Below the pieces are notes generated by a model. It saw only the letters and a list, made by a program, of their open reading frames with translations, was not told the DNA's origin and searched no databases. A DNA stretch of 64,000 nucleotides, from the NCBI GenBank assembly GCA_964016885.1, contig OZ024743.1:299460001-299524000 (forward strand), in the 5' to 3' direction. Position 1 is the first letter of the stretch; every line of letters starts with the position of its first letter. This DNA is from Eledone cirrhosa. Taxonomy: Eukaryota. Shown piece after piece: positions 51,840-64,000 of this stretch. The position numbers were made by a program, and so were the translations under genes.

Positions 51840-53765
51840 AATTTGTATTCCACTGTTACTAAGTAGTTGCATTGGATGGGGTCAACCGACGTCAGAGATT
51901 GCTCAACGTATACTAAAGTGTGTTTTAAAATCCGGAGAAAATATGAAGAAGAAGTTTACGAAATGGAAATGCGGGTATACAGAATTTATTAGGTAACAAT
52001 TGTTTCTATAGTGTATGGGTTACCTATACCTCGCTATTTGAATAATAAAAAATATTATCATAAACCGAAGGTACACTGTAAGCAAACACACCATGTCATC
52101 AGACCTTTGTATTGTAATGATATGAAAATATTTTATACACTAGATAAAAGATAAAGAAGGAGGTAGGAAGAGAAGGGGAAGAGGGAAGTGAGTAAGGTGG
52201 AGGGAGTCTTAGGATTTAAGACTATCAGACTAGTATAGATTGCGAGGAGAGAATGTTTTGGCAGCAGTTAGCTTAATGAGGCGTGTTAGGGTTGACGGGG
52301 AAGTAAATTCTTCTAGTGGTGTTGTTCGGACAAAATTTAGTTAAAGGGGTTAAAGTGGTACAGTGTCACGGACAGGTTATTAGGGCTATTATAGTAGCAG
52401 GCTATTTCTAAAAGGGTCCAGAAAAACAGTGTTTAGTACTATTACTATAGAAAGCCATATCTAGTGTATAAACATATAAAACAGAAATTTGCAAACGGTG
52501 GTGTAAAAGGTAACATTATATGCATTTAAAAAAAGAAAAAGTCGTTTTCAAACGATGGTTACAGTATAGAGAACGTTCAATTTTGCTGTTCAAAAGTTTG
52601 TTTACCGACGTTAAAATGCAGTATATTTCTAAATTGCATAACTTGCAGAATCGATGATTTTGCTGATATGCAGGCGCAGCTGCAATAATTTGCCAATCAA
52701 GGGAGAACGCTTGATTGTTCCTCCGAAGCTGCCAGGCTTTATCGGCGAGGGTTGTTACGGAGCGCATTTTCTCGTGCCTGATCGAAGATCGATGTTGGTA
52801 TAGGCGAGCCTTGAAAGAAGTTGCGGTACATCCGACGTAATACCATTTGTTGGTTCCGGAATTTATTGTACATCGGTAGACAATATTGCGTGCTAGGCAC
52901 TGGTTATTCAGTGGGCACGTACCTGGTTTGGTGCAGTTACAATTATTTTTATGTTTTGCAGTAGAATCCTGGATAGTTTGGTGGGGTTGTGGTTGCGTGT
53001 TAGTGCGTTGTATGTTGCTATGCTGGTGCGCTGAGTCATTAGGGATGTACTTATTCAGTATTGCTGAGTTGAGTTTTTTTAATTAGTTGTTCTACGTTAG
53101 GTGCAGTGGAGTATGAGAGTCTAATGGTGCGCGAGTTAAAGATTTTATAGTATTTATGTGAAGTTGTAAAGTGTTTATTGATTAGTGTATAGAATTGTGA
53201 GATAATCTTAGTGCTAATAGAAGAATTGTACACGGGGTTATACCATATGTATTCTCTACGTCTGACCCTATTTGCTGGTTTGCACCTATTAGTATGCCTA
53301 TTGATGTGTGTGTGTGGTGCAATACTAGTTCGACTTAGGTGTGTTTTATTCATAGTACTTATGTGGTTATCGTCTAGATATCCTATTTTCTCGCAGTAAC
53401 CAGCTTTTCTAAGTGCGTCATTATAATATTCAGCATGCTCGTTGAAGGTCTGCAAATTAGACGACAGTCGGGAGATCCTTATGGATATATTTTTAGGGAT
53501 AGATTTAATAATGGAATGAGGGTGGTTCGATTTTACATTAACGTACTTGAGATTTTCATTAAGTTTGTGAAATGGCTCTATATTATCGTTATTAAGGTTG
53601 AAGGTGACATCCAAGAAGTTGACCACCTTAAGATTGTGTTCGAAGGTAATATTAAGCCCTAGTTCTAAGAAAAGTGTCCTAATGTTTTTACGTCGCCTTT
53701 CTAGGTTTTGTTTGTTCATATTCTTGACTAATAGAAGTGTATCGTTGAGGTATATTCCGCGGTAT
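51836..53765 (-). mobile_element. 5'-truncated, young Naiad-type PLE
   Basis: GIYLND (RT motif C), VNFLDV, SNHP, YIWYNPVY, KHF..HKYYKIFN..LSYS; after one extra A at 53074-53080: CNCTKPGTCPLNNQCL, NIVY..YVG, CKLCNLE, LYCNHRLK; stop at 52516. Confidence 0.9.
51991..52106 (-). ncRNA. type I hammerhead ribozyme with 89-nt stem II
   Basis: AGGU-CUGAUGA-C-AUGGUGUG...UACACUAU-A-GAAA-CAAUUG-UU-ACCU, about 410 nt downstream of the PLE stop, sense strand. Confidence 0.75.
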
Positions 53766-53782
53766 ATTCCGTATATATATAT

Positions 53783-54251
53783 ATGGAAAATAATGAAACG
53801 AAATTTCATTTCTCACTCTTAGTACGCCTGAAATATAAGTATGTATACGTACATACATATATGTGTAGAGACGTACAGTAGTATGTACATATATACATAC
53901 ATGCACACATATATATATATGTACGTACGGGTTTACCGAACATTTATTATAATGATCGGTTTGTTTGGAAACAAACAGCCCGAATTATGCTGTACAGTAC
54001 TCGGCAACCATCGTCGCCCTTTTGTTCAACACTAACACAGGAACGATGTACTAGCTATCGTCAGCATTGTATACCTTTCTGTCAGATGATTGAACGTTTG
54101 AAAGTATATACTTTCCTTATGCATATTAACGGCTGAGCAGTGATCTTCCAACCGTCATTAGTATTTCTTCGCATTTGACGGTTGGAAGATCACTGATGAA
54201 GGACTAATTTTATTCATATGTACCTCATTTGCAACAACGCAGCACGTCATT

Positions 54252-54255
<4 letters not shown>
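53783..54255. repeat. structured repeat family copy with perfect 20-bp hairpin
   Basis: matches 34410-34680; CAGTGATCTTCCAACCGTCA / TGACGGTTGGAAGATCACTG at 54138-54195. Confidence 0.75.
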
Positions 54256-54332
<77 letters not shown>

Positions 54333-54410
54333 AGATATTTAATTTGCTGGTAATTCAACAAATTTATTTATAACAGATTCGAAGGACTCGACAAGTTTCC
54401 TGGAGTATAA

Positions 54411-54770
54411 TATCAATGATATTAATAAATGGAAACTATATTTATAAAACCATATTTATTTCATTGTATATATTTCAAGGGTACCAACAAACTTTGGAAC
54501 GCCCTCATCAGATACAATACAAATTTGTTTCATAAATAGTGACATATCCAAGAAACCAGAACTTATCGGTTCAGGTTCCGTTTGGATAGTGAAAGAAACA
54601 ACGGAACCTGAACCGATAAGGTCTGATTTCTCGGATATGTCACTATTTATGAAACAAATTTGTATTGTATCTGATGAGTGCGTACCACACCTTTTGGTAC
54701 CCTTGAAATATATATAATAAAATAAATATGGTTTTATAAACATTGTTTCCATTTATTAATATGATTGATA
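54411..54770. repeat. long inverted repeat, about 170-bp arms and 17-nt loop
   Basis: 54411-54582 vs 54600-54770; each arm has CTGATGAG...CCCTTGAAATATATA. Confidence 0.9.
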
Positions 54771-54773
54771 TAT

Positions 54774-54849
<76 letters not shown>

Positions 54850-55042
54850 CACAGACACACGCACACACACATACATACACACACACGCATCCACACACCC
54901 ACACGCACGCACCATATAACTTTCACTTTATCTTTATTCTTCCGTCAAAGCTCTTTCGTCACACCAATCTGTGATCTCATCAATGACTATCGATTTTTTC
55001 TGCCTCTTCTGTTTATGGTTTTCTATTTCTATTTCATTGTAT

Positions 55043-55288
<246 letters not shown>

Positions 55289-55675
55289 TGAATGGGAGAG
55301 AAATAAAGATTTTTACAGTTATCTTTTTATTATATCTCAACGGTCACTTCTCGTTGACAGAGAAATATCAGTCTCATATCGCCTGGTGTATAATAACAAT
55401 AAGAAAAGAGAAAATCAGAATATATTCTTCAGTCAATAGGAAAAACAAATTAAGATGATAGATAGACTGACGTACTGTAAACATTCAGACATAATCTGTC
55501 CGCTACAGATATTTCGTGAACTGATATATATCTGTCCGTATATAAACGACACACAAATACACAAGCATACAGATAGGTCAGACAGACAAACAGACTGAAA
55601 GACACATAAACACACAGATTCTTACACACACACAATTACACACACATACAGACACGCACGCACACACACGCACAC

Positions 55676-55782
<107 letters not shown>

Positions 55783-56208
55783 AAGATATAGAGAAAGATA
55801 TCGAAATTTAGAGTGCTTATCCGTGAAGTTTACGTTGTAACGCAGAAAGGATATATGATATATAGATCGATCGATAGATAGATGTAGATATACATAGATC
55901 GATAGATGGATATAGATAAACATAGATACAAAAACACAAGCATATTTGTATATCTGCGTATATTAATGCAGGAATAAAAATGTCGAGACTATTATATTGA
56001 TTTATAATTTTCTGATTACAGTAGTATATATGAGCGTATGTGCATTTATTCATCCTCCCCTCTCTCTCTCTCTATCTCTCTATCTATATATATATATATA
56101 TGTATATCATGAAATCATCTGATGATCTCATACGAGAACAGCCCTAGTCATGTATAAGTCATTTTTACATAATGTAATATAATATGATACACACACAAAC
56201 ACACACAA

Positions 56209-56258
<50 letters not shown>

Positions 56259-56261
<3 letters not shown>

Positions 56262-56415
56262 TGAATGTCTTCATTTATTAATATACTGAATAATATTAAT
56301 AACTCCAGAAAACTTCTTTGTAGAGTGCTTGTAATCTATCGTAAAACTATATTCATTGAGTAATGAATGAACCATATTAATCTTTGGTTTTATGTATATA
56401 TATATATATATTACG

Positions 56416-56453
<38 letters not shown>

Positions 56454-56576
56454 ATATATATATATATATATTACTCAATGAATATACTTTTACGATAGAT
56501 TACAAGCACTCTACAAAGAAGTTTTCTGGAGTTATTAATATTATTCAGTATATTAATAAATGAAGACATTCACTTA
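56259..56576. repeat. inverted repeat, about 105-bp arms around a (TA)n-containing spacer
   Basis: 56259-56363 vs 56471-56575, nearly identical. Confidence 0.9.
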
Positions 56577-56587
56577 ATCAAAATATG

Positions 56588-56650
56588 TTTTGTTATATAT
56601 ATTTCGAAGGTACTGTGCCCTTTTTTTCAGTGCGTCCTCGTCAGATAAAA
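56588..56650 (-). ncRNA. hammerhead-like motif, imperfect stems
   Basis: UUUUAU-CUGACGA-GGACGCACUG...CAGUACCUUC-GAAA-UAUAUA-UA-ACAAAA. Confidence 0.5.
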
Positions 56651-56976
56651 TAGATGAATTGATGTATGACATACCTCAACTGTCTTGATGGTTCAATTCC
56701 AGTATTGGCAGTGATTTATTACAACAAATCTCAACATTTATATACCACAAATAATAACATGATAAACTTAAATTTAATGAAGAAGAGGATGTGTAGCGAT
56801 AAATGGGTATAAAGAGGGGGTGAGTATGAAGAAATGCAAGAAGAAAATAAATAAATACATACATACATAAATATTTAAATGCGTAAATATACATAGGGAA
56901 GAAAAAGGAAGAGAGAGAGAGAGAGATAGAAGAGAGAAGAAGAAAGACGTAACGGCACAAAATAAATAAATAAATA

Positions 56977-57032
<56 letters not shown>

Positions 57033-57350
57033 AAAATGTGTGACCGTTGCTTCAAATATTAAGTCAAATAGAAGCGACGAATTAATTACCATGACATTTT
57101 TTAATATCCTTTGTATTTGGTTATGTTTAAGCTAATTTTACTAATATATTTTATCAACATTAAACACTATAAAAATATTTTCTATAGTAATCAAAAGCAT
57201 AGTTTAATTAATATATTTACTAAATATTTTGTTACAATATTCAAAAACATTTTTATATTTAAAGCATGTTTAAATACCTATTACATATGTATAAAGATAT
57301 TTACTAAAACCTATGCATATATCACCATCAGTATATGTATTTTATATAAT

Positions 57351-57501
57351 TGTTTCTACTTTTGGCACAAGGCCAGCAATTATCTCAGTGTAATACTGGT
57401 ACTTTATTTTATCGACCCCGTAAGGATGAAAGGCAAAGTTAACCTCGGGTCGTAAATCTTTGCTGCAAAGCATGGTGTTAGACCCTCTACCGATACTGCC
57501 A
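57351..57501 (-). mobile_element. SINE family A with 16-bp TSD and internal deletion
   Basis: TSD ATGTATTTTATATAAT at 57335-57350 and 57502-57517. Confidence 0.9.
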
Positions 57502-58193
57502 ATGTATTTTATATAATCTTAAGAATTATTATCTGAATTATTCTATTTTCATTATAAAATCATTTCAATTCATTGGTTGTCATTTCATTACAGGATTAAT
57601 TAGTAGTTATATTTACTCTTAAAAGTATTATTATTTCGATTTTACTTCTGTAATTACATCTTAGTATATATAGTTTCCCTTTAAGGATTTTTCGTATATT
57701 ATTAAACTGTATAAATCATGTTAAATATACATTATCAATCCATTTGGACAGAAGAAAATTATTTACAAAGAATGTAAACAAAGGAAGATAACTCGTTCAA
57801 CGTATGTGAACATTTAAGATATTTAAGTACTTTGAAAGCCAAAAGATATTTCAAACCGCAAATTCAGAAATTTCTAGTTACAGAATGACCATTCTAAATC
57901 CAAACTTAGGATACCGAGTCTCATCATGAGATTAATTTATTATATAAAAACGATATACAATATTTAAGGTAAGGTAAGGCAAAACGTTATATATATAATA
58001 ATAATAATAATAATATTTCAAGAATTATTAATAGTCAATATTTTTTTCTTCATAGTCAGTATTTTTTTCGAAATTTGATTAATGCTTTAAAGATTATTCC
58101 AGACTTATGTAGAAAAGTTCCGAATAATTCTTTTTTCTTATTAATTAAATTACCATAATTTGTAATTATTAATAGTTTCCAAATTGCACACAT

Positions 58194-58252
<59 letters not shown>

Positions 58253-59001
58253 TTTGTCTTAATAGACACCTGAACTGTTGACCACTCAGCATGACTGCAA
58301 CTAACACACGTACACACACATTCCTACTGACCGATTCATTTCTATTATCACAACAATGAATCACTTTGCTACACAACGCACACACACACACACACACATA
58401 CACACACACATATTTGCCTTAATAGACACCTGAACTGTTGACCTCTCAACATGACTGCAACTCAATCAAGCGGAAAAGGACACTCTTCAACGAACCTACC
58501 TCCCAAGCCACTCTTTTCACATAAAACAGGAAGAATTTCCAAAACTGATCAGATTAGAGCAAAAATCACGAGCACTCCATCTCAAAATTATTTTTGAAAA
58601 GCATAAGAAATGCCCAACCGGTAAAAACTTAAAACTAAAACTGAATACTAACTAATACTTATAACTAATTTATATTTATTCCTAATTAAACTATTTTTCA
58701 CTGGGAAAAATTTGTCAGCATTTTCTTTTCCTTTTTACTAATATCAAAATAATAACAGGATGCTGGGCTGGAAATTTTCGTCGAGAATTTTAATTCCGCG
58801 GAAGCACTATATATATTTCATCCAATTATAACGCAGTCTAGGCGATTTCATCATGTGTTATTTGCAGCATTATGCAACAGGATTACGTTGAACCTAAACA
58901 TAGAATAGAAGATAGGAGATAGAAAATACAGAAGATTTAGTATAGTAAATTCGATTCGGGTATGGCCAGCTAATTTGGTGTTATATCGATAACAGTCGAT
59001 C

Positions 59002-59123
<122 letters not shown>

Positions 59124-59575
59124 AGTGTGTGTGTGTTTGTGGGTGTGGCTACCTGCGTCAGAGTATGAGCTGCGTGTGTGTTTCTTCTTCAATGAACTGA
59201 GTAGCTCACGTAAAGGTAAATATCTTTAATATGTATATATGCATACGTGTTTATATTCTTCAAATGAAATGAAAATGAACCATTGGTCATCTGAATTAAG
59301 CCGAAAATATAGAAAACAATACAGTTTCACACCTCTGCATCGTAATATATACTTACATATCGAGTAAATAGTTCTTCCTAACCATAGGTTTATGTATCGT
59401 GTAATTAAAGTAGGTAGAAATGGTTGACTTCATGATGGATGCAATATATTGTTCGTCAAATATCATTACCATAACTGTACGTTGAGCAAATATCACTACG
59501 CGGAGAATATGTACATCGTTTTACTTGACTGACTAAAAGAGTGTATGTCATTCCCAGTATTGCGAACGTTATCTT

Positions 59576-59907
59576 GAGTAGTATTTTCATACAGTTGTCT
59601 GTCATGTGTGGTTACGTTTTATGTTCTCTGCAGCTGTTAGTAATAAACAAGATATTGTGTGAGTAGTATAATCATACGGCTGCCTGTTATCTGTCATTGT
59701 ATTTTATGAATTTTGCAGTTGTTAGTAAGAAACGAGATTTTGCGAGAGTAGTATATTCATATGGGTGTTTATTATGTATGGTTGTATTTTATGTAATTTG
59801 CTGTTGTTTGTATAAAACGAGATTTTGTGTGAGTAGTATATTCATAAGGTTGTCTGTTATATGTCATTGTATTTTATGTTCTTTGCTGCTGTTAATAAGA
59901 AACTAGA
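59576..59907. repeat. 85-bp minisatellite, about 4 copies
   Basis: units start GAGTAGTAT at 59576, 59661, 59746 and 59831. Confidence 0.9.
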
Positions 59908-60347
59908 CAGTTTGTTTTGTAGGTGTGATTTTAAATCTGCTTTTGTTGAGCCAATTTTTGTTGAGCCAATTTTCAAGGGATGAACAGTTATGCAACAGTT
60001 CCTTAGAATAGTTGTTTCAACTGCGTATGAGGCCGAATATGGTATAACATTTTTATTCTCTTTTTTTTCAAAAAATAGCAAACGCTATTGAACATTAAAA
60101 TATATTGCTTTATTTATCCAATGATAAACGTAATGTTTTTTTTTTAAATGTCAATTCTCAAGGTAAACATAATTTAATGATTATGATTCCGTTTGAACTT
60201 GTAACCGTTACAGTATCATTTCCACACAAGGAACTATAAACACTCGTGTGTGTACACAGGCACACTCACACACACATGCACACACACACATACACACACA
60301 TATATATATGAATCAGTACTCGATACTTGGGGTAGTAGATTGTGGTA

Positions 60348-60452
60348 ATATAAACGATTCGGGACCACGATAGCTGAGCTCCTGCCATTTCAATAACTAT
60401 TTCCGAACTAGCTGTTGAAACGGCAGGAACTCAGCCGTCAGGGTCTCGACTC

Positions 60453-60460
<8 letters not shown>
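60348..60460. repeat. imperfect hairpin element next to (TA)n
   Basis: GCTGAGCTCCTGCCATTTCAATA vs TGTTGAAACGGCAGGAACTCAGC, pairing extends outward to TATAAA/TTTATA. Confidence 0.7.
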
Positions 60461-60497
<37 letters not shown>

Positions 60498-60609
60498 TAG
60501 TTAGGGAAGCTATTTGCAATATAGCAATATATGGTTGCACTTACCAATGAAACGGTCGTAAATACCTGGATAAAATCCTTCTCTTAATGCTTACCTGTGT
60601 TTTCTCTTT

Positions 60610-60642
<33 letters not shown>

Positions 60643-63600
60643 TTGGGTGTGTGTGTGTTGGTGTTGATTCTAACAGTATTATTCAGGCGTAACGCCACAA
60701 TTAACAAAATTTAATAAACGTATAATTTATAGTACAATATTTAATCTAAAAGAAGAGTAAACATCTATCTACTCATTAATTACACAAAATGTGAAGAAAC
60801 CGGTGTGTATGTCCAACGATTACTCGCTCATTCACTGTTCCATGATGTTTGATTCGATTTTTTGTCTTTATCGCTAGAATGTTTAATAATAAAGCAGTCA
60901 CTCCAAGGCACGGGCGATTGAAAACTCCTCTAACTCATTTTTATTCCGCCGTCTTATATTCAACTGAAAGAGAATCCAAGTTCTGCAAACTATTCTCAAC
61001 TGTTGATATAGATATCATCTCACATGACCTACATGGCATAAAAAGAGTAATTTAATATCATTTGTAGTAATTGCGTATCAAACCACGAACTGCCCTGCAA
61101 TAAAAAACAACAACAAAAGCTTATATTTTGATACTAAATGAATACTTCCGTTATTTAAACATAAATCAAAGTGCCTTATTTTTATAGCAAATCACTTTAA
61201 TACGTTGTGTAATTCTTTGCGGACATTTGAAATCGATGAATATCGGTTCTTCAATGAAAATGACTAGTGAAAACACTCCTCCTTGAGTTATTGTCCATCT
61301 TAAGAAAGACTGATCACTGTCATGTCTTGAAAAGCGTCTTCCATTTGAAACATAATTTGCAAGAATTGTCTGGAAATATTGAATTACTCTTAACGTGTTA
61401 AACAGAACAGACAAGAAGCCCAGCTTATGAAGTAACAGTAAACTGATAATGCGATACATAAACCCGAAATCATTTACGTATATATGCTGCATAGTTAATG
61501 TATAGGAAATAATTTCAAATTTCTTCACTTTACATAATTCAAAATATAATATTTACTCATGGTATATAAGTCGCTTTTTCAGTCAGTAGCATGTCCTCAC
61601 TTTAGGTGTATTAGGACTACATTATCTGCTGCAGTAATTTAAAAGCGTATTTCCTCTCGAAAGACTATTAAGATTTTCAAACAAATCTAGACCTGTACGT
61701 ATTATACACAATTCTCACCTAAACTAATCATAATGAGAAATTAAATGGAGCTAGATTTCTTTTTATAAGAGGGGATTTATTAATATTAAAATAAACAACA
61801 CTTTTTATGAACCTTTATTACGAGACACCTTACCTCGCAGAACACCAGCATTTTTTAACATTAATTATATTGGGAAACGCTGATCTTCTATCAACTGTGC
61901 CTGCTTTTCAAGTAATCTTATTTTCATGCGATGCAATGTTTGCACTCTTTCGCTGTTTTCGGAGAAAGTTGATATATAATAGTGACAAATGCCTTTCCTA
62001 AACCAAAACCATTTATCACATGGTGATTCCTAATCATTAAGTAACGCAGTTAAAATTGGCCACGCTCTAACATAGCACATAAATTAAGCAGATAACTTTA
62101 CGCCTAAATACACCGCCCTGTAAACATTACACCGCTCTTCTGTTTGAATTTTCCGCTAGCTATCATAATTCTTCATGCTGTTATTATCAAGGTATTTTAT
62201 GTTCTCTACTCCTGATTTTCCATTATGTTATAGTGAGTAACTTAATTAGTACTAAATATGAATTTACCTATTGCACATCTATTAATGCAAAAATTACGTA
62301 ATTACTGTTGTGGCTTTTGGACTGCTTGTTTTTCTCTCTGTGTATGATGTGACATATAAGCAAAGTACGATTGTTTTTCTAATGTTTACACGAAATAATT
62401 TATACTACCTTATGCCTCATAAGCCTAAAAACAACAACAAGAAAAAATACTTCTTCAATGTAATTACAACCGCTGGCTATGTAATTACGTCCAGTCGCTT
62501 CACTTTCTTTCTTCATTGCTTGTTTATTCAGTACTTGTAAATGCTAATGTTTTTGATACGTGTTTTCGATGAATTGAATCCCTCTTAATGATCCTGTTGA
62601 TATGCAGGATTGTGTGAATAATCGTTAATTAATTATATCTGAATGACTCGTTGTTTGAAGATACATACAACCTTATGATCTGTATAGAAACGATTGTAGA
62701 TATTATAGATAGATTTTATTTAAAATCTTGGTTCTCTTCACTATAATTATTGATGTTCTGCTGGCCTCACTGTCCTCAACAGCAAGAACTTTAAACTTCG
62801 GAAAACTATTTCTTTTATTTGAAATGTTTACGTACCTATGGGTCTATTACAAACTGAACATGCCCAAGTTGATATACATTCGGATCGATTCCAAACCTAC
62901 GTTGAAGCCTTATTTGCTCGTGTTAATTATGCTTTCAATTGACTGGAGAATCATTATTATAACGAAATAGCTGTTTCTCCACCTGTCTTTAATTAGGATT
63001 GTAGGAGTGAAAATTGGAGCATCCTCTTTTTTATGTTGAAAGGAGGGCGAGGTAACTTATGTCATGCGTATAGTTCATTGCAAACCTAAGAATCTACATG
63101 GGTTAGAGTTAATAAGGTAAAGATGTATAGGAGGGGGTGAGGAGCCACTGTTGAAGTGACACTTTGTTCTAGTGAATATGATACACATACAGAAAAACAT
63201 CTATCTACAACTATGTACAAACACATACATACTTCCACGCATACATAAATACTTCCACGCATACATAAATACATCCATATGCATGTGTCCCAGTTAATAT
63301 TGTTTGCCAATTAATTATGTTTATCGTAGATGTTTATCATAATACATGATATACAGACTGTTAGCCCAATAGCAAAGATATGACTTATATTTGAGAAAGG
63401 TGAGGTCATATTTAATGTTCTTCTGTTAAACCTTTTCGCAGTGTTCAGTCGATGGAACATTATACTTTTAACATATATCAGTATGTTGTTGCATGCCTGG
63501 CATTCTTGTGCATTTGTGTGTTGATATGTGCTATTGAAGACGTGTGCATAAGAGAGCTCTTGGATATAAAATGGTTCTTGTGGATGATAATTGAAATTAC

Positions 63601-64000
63601 CTTGATGTAGGCTTGAATGAGAGCTTATACAGTTATGTGTGCCTGTGTATGTTTTTGTGATGAGAGCGGGAACGTATATGAATTTAGGTGTCTATATATA
63701 TGTGTGTGGACGTCATGAGGGTTATGTCAATTGTTTAAGTTATAAGTGTAGATATATTCATATGTATCTGTACCTAAATTCATATCTGAATTTGTGTATT
63801 TTAGTGTGTGTATTTATTTCATGACAGCACATTTCCCTTTCCCTCTCTTAGTAGTTAATGGAAATGTTGCATGGTTGTCAACAATCACTCCAGTAAAACC
63901 ATGCAATCTAGTGATTGGATTGGCATTCGGCCCTTTGGACCATTATACCTAACCCTAAAATTTATTCAGTCAGGCACACACGTAATATCTGGATCTTTTA

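Noticed and set aside
52007-52095. SECIS element within the stem II insert (AUGA...AAA...GA)
   Set aside because: Spacing and helix geometry do not fit a SECIS and the ORF has no in-frame TGA at Cys positions
59576-59907. CRISPR-like regular repeats
   Set aside because: Whole units are homologous, no unique spacers, no cas genes, eukaryotic context
61166-61528. 120-aa ORF as a possible host exon
   Set aside because: No recognisable domain or convincing splice signals

Overview
AT-rich, microsatellite-dense animal genomic DNA. The SINE families and repeat landscape suggest an octopus or other cephalopod (inference). No host protein-coding gene is recognisable and the window is almost entirely transposon-derived. 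It holds: a young L1/Tx1-type LINE (ORF1 with CCHC knuckle; ORF2 APE+RT with an internal deletion) plus two older relatives; several RTE, R4/Dong-type and CR1 fragments; a decayed Helitron RepHel; a TIR-bounded Chapaev3-like DNA transposon; a mariner MITE; many tRNA-derived SINEs with TSDs; and at least five Penelope-like (PLE) GIY-YIG elements. The most striking signal is RNA-structural. Three independent Naiad-type PLEs each carry, in their pseudo-LTR, a type I hammerhead ribozyme whose stem II is expanded to a structured 82-90 nt domain (29741-29849 minus, 34174-34291 plus, 51991-52106 minus). Two compact hammerheads (36627-36665, 37762-37799) and several decayed ones sit in small cassettes embedded in (TA)n. 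These five hammerheads all have a non-Watson-Crick 10.1/11.1 position and a palindromic stem III. All folding was done by eye; no searches were run.
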